From: a virus
Lineage: Duplodnaviria; Caudoviricetes
Strand: one strand, 5' to 3'
DNA: 29,437 nucleotides
Virus record (IMG/VR): IMGVR_UViG_3300017754_000884
Span: 1 to 29,437 of that record
The notes beneath the pieces were generated by a model that did no database searches, was not told where the DNA came from, and saw nothing but the letters and a program-made list of their open reading frames with translations. Of this stretch, positions 27,927-29,437 are shown in pieces. The translations under genes were made by a program, and so were the position numbers. Positions within the stretch are counted from its first letter, which is position 1; each line of letters opens with the position of its first letter.

Positions 27927-28188
27927 CGTTGACAATTCCTAAAATATGATCAGCGTGTATCACAAACACTTTTTTGTTGCCAACCTTGACTGGAATACAT
28001 GCACCCCAGTTCACAATGACCTTGGTACCCACAGGAATACAATTCTTTTCTATGTCTGGTCCAATGCTGACTATCTGTGCCAGTTCAGTTTGATCATTGT
28101 GTTGAATAATGATGCCACCTGAGGTGGTGCTTTTGCTGTCGTGGCCCATTGCTTCAATGACATAGTTTTTATTTGTCGCTTCTATCAT
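27919..28188 (-). CDS. groES: GroES/Cpn10-like co-chaperonin
   Basis: TTSGGIII mobile loop, AQIVSIGP, VGTKVI and HILGIV; AAGGAG RBS on minus strand. Confidence 0.85.
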   Translation of the reverse strand: MIEATNKNYVIEAMGHDSKSTTSGGIIIQHNDQTELAQIVSIGPDIEKNCIPVGTKVIVNWGACIPVKVGNKKVFVIHADHILGIVNDD

Positions 28189-28205
28189 TTACATCTCCTT
28201 TTAAA

Positions 28206-28721
28206 TTATACAATTCTTTTGTATGCAAAACTACCTCTAACACTGAAACCCTGTTGTTCATGCAACCTAATAAATGTTTGTTGATCATCACGTATGGTTG
28301 TGCTACACAACACAGGTATCTGTAGTGCTGTGCACCATTTGATCCACATTTCTAATATTTGAGCACACAGGGTAATTCTGGTTCTTGCCGTCAAGTTCAG
28401 ATCCACGTGTACAAATTCTGCCACTGCCATTTCTTCATTGGCATAGACTGTGTACTTGCCACGTTCCAACCAACTCCAGGCCAAGAGTCGCATGGTTGAC
28501 TTGTCTTTGGCCACAGTGAGTAAGCCTTGATGTGGTTCAAATGTTTGTTGAAGGATGGCTTTTTGTAAATGATAAGACATCCTGGGTCTATTGGGAGTCA
28601 GGATGCCTGCAATTTCATGTTGATAATTTTGTTCTACCAGATCCAAGATATCAAACACATCATCTTGTTGTGCCAGAGTCCAGACCCAAGTGTCGTTTGG
28701 TGATATGCTATACTTGCTCAT
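28206..28721 (-). CDS. GNAT-fold acetyltransferase-like protein (171 aa)
   Basis: W-x-L-A-x-x-D-D start, EFVHVD strand followed by helix, RLHEQQGF C-terminal motif; canonical R/Q-x-x-G-x-G/A loop is degenerate. Confidence 0.6.
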   Translation of the reverse strand: MSKYSISPNDTWVWTLAQQDDVFDILDLVEQNYQHEIAGILTPNRPRMSYHLQKAILQQTFEPHQGLLTVAKDKSTMRLLAWSWLERGKYTVYANEEMAVAEFVHVDLNLTARTRITLCAQILEMWIKWCTALQIPVLCSTTIRDDQQTFIRLHEQQGFSVRGSFAYKRIV

Positions 28722-28744
28722 TCAGTTCTATTCCTATATACTTT

Positions 28745-28763
28745 TATTTAGCGTACATAAATA
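28745..28763. promoter_or_regulatory. back-to-back putative late promoters
   Basis: Minus-strand CTAAATA (28745-28751) 23 nt before ATG 28721; plus-strand CATAAATA (28756-28763) 25 nt before ATG 28789. Confidence 0.65.
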
Positions 28764-28788
28764 ATAACATACAGATAAGGATATCACA

Positions 28789-29355
28789 ATGGGCAAAAGA
28801 TTATTAATAGATTTTGTAGTAGATCGTTATGTAAACTTGAACCTGTTCTGGCGTAGTCAACAACACATGCCATCTGGTTGTACAGAATGGACAGGTGTAC
28901 GCAGCAACATTGGCTATGGCTTTATTGGCTTTACCTACGCAGATGGAAAGTTGGCTCCCAGTGGCCGCAAGCACGGCATGATGACCACACACCGTTTGGC
29001 ATTCATGATACATCACGGTCGTTTGCCCAAGCAAAGCAATGTGAACCACACATGCCATAACAAACTGTGTGTGAACCCAGACCACTTGGTAGAAGGCACG
29101 CAAAGCGAAAAATTAAAACAAATGAAACGCGATGGCATCTATCAAGGCGGTCGTGAGTTAGGTGTGCCAGCAGGCAGTTACAACCACAAGCAGTGGAACT
29201 ATACCTACAAGTATTCAGAAGCAGAAATACAATGGGTACGCAACGCCAACACCTTGGACATTGCTGCCAAGTATGGCATGACTCGCACCAAGGCTGCCAG
29301 TTTTCGCTGGGGATTTAGAACAGGTTACAAATGGTTGCCTTGGGACAAGGAATAA
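28789..29355 (+). CDS. free-standing HNH endonuclease
   Basis: GCTEWTG, GYG, THRLAF, VNHTCHNKLCVNPDHL; C-terminal HTH-like DIAAKYGMT; TAAGGA RBS. Confidence 0.9.
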   Translation: MGKRLLIDFVVDRYVNLNLFWRSQQHMPSGCTEWTGVRSNIGYGFIGFTYADGKLAPSGRKHGMMTTHRLAFMIHHGRLPKQSNVNHTCHNKLCVNPDHLVEGTQSEKLKQMKRDGIYQGGRELGVPAGSYNHKQWNYTYKYSEAEIQWVRNANTLDIAAKYGMTRTKAASFRWGFRTGYKWLPWDKE

Positions 29356-29363
29356 ATATTTTC

Positions 29364-29432
29364 GTGGGCAGGATGTTTTGATAGGCTAATGCCATTGCCT
29401 AATCTTCCTTATATTCCTGTATACCTGCCCAC
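29364..29432 (+). other. long stem-loop, candidate structured RNA or regulatory element
   Basis: GTGGGCAGG (29364-29372) / CCTGCCCAC (29424-29432) outer stem; inner TAGGC/GCCTA; starts 5 nt after AATAAATA (29351-29358). Confidence 0.5.
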
Positions 29433-29437
29433 ACCAC

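Noticed and set aside
1-29437. Stop-codon reassignment (alternative genetic code)
   Set aside because: Long genes are intact under code 11, and TAA, TAG (terL, 52-aa ORF) and TGA all act as stops at sensible gene ends

Overview
The window is a dense, almost entirely + strand late/morphogenesis region of a tailed dsDNA phage (Caudoviricetes) with a short-tailed, P22/SU10-like podovirus gene order. It runs: small pre-terminase genes, terminase large subunit, portal, scaffold, major capsid protein, head-tail adaptor, a 2114-aa repeat-rich fibre, tail nozzle, second fibre plus assembly chaperone, then five putative ejection/internal proteins (one with a lytic transglycosylase domain). An accessory block follows: Dps/ferritin-like gene, two tiny ORFs missed by the ORF track, GroES, GNAT-like gene and HNH endonuclease. 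The strongest unexplained signal is a TAAATA box, resembling the T4-type late promoter. It lies 23-25 nt upstream of six start codons, 5 nt upstream of a seventh (apparently leaderless) start, and just ahead of a terminal stem-loop. The window has no RNA polymerase or gp55-like sigma factor. This suggests a podophage run by T4-type late transcription, either self-encoded elsewhere or borrowed from a large helper phage. Also notable are two Tyr/Trp/Asp/Gly/Gln low-complexity proteins in the ejection slot and large low-complexity insertions in the capsid protein. All family calls come from motif recognition and gene order, not database searches.
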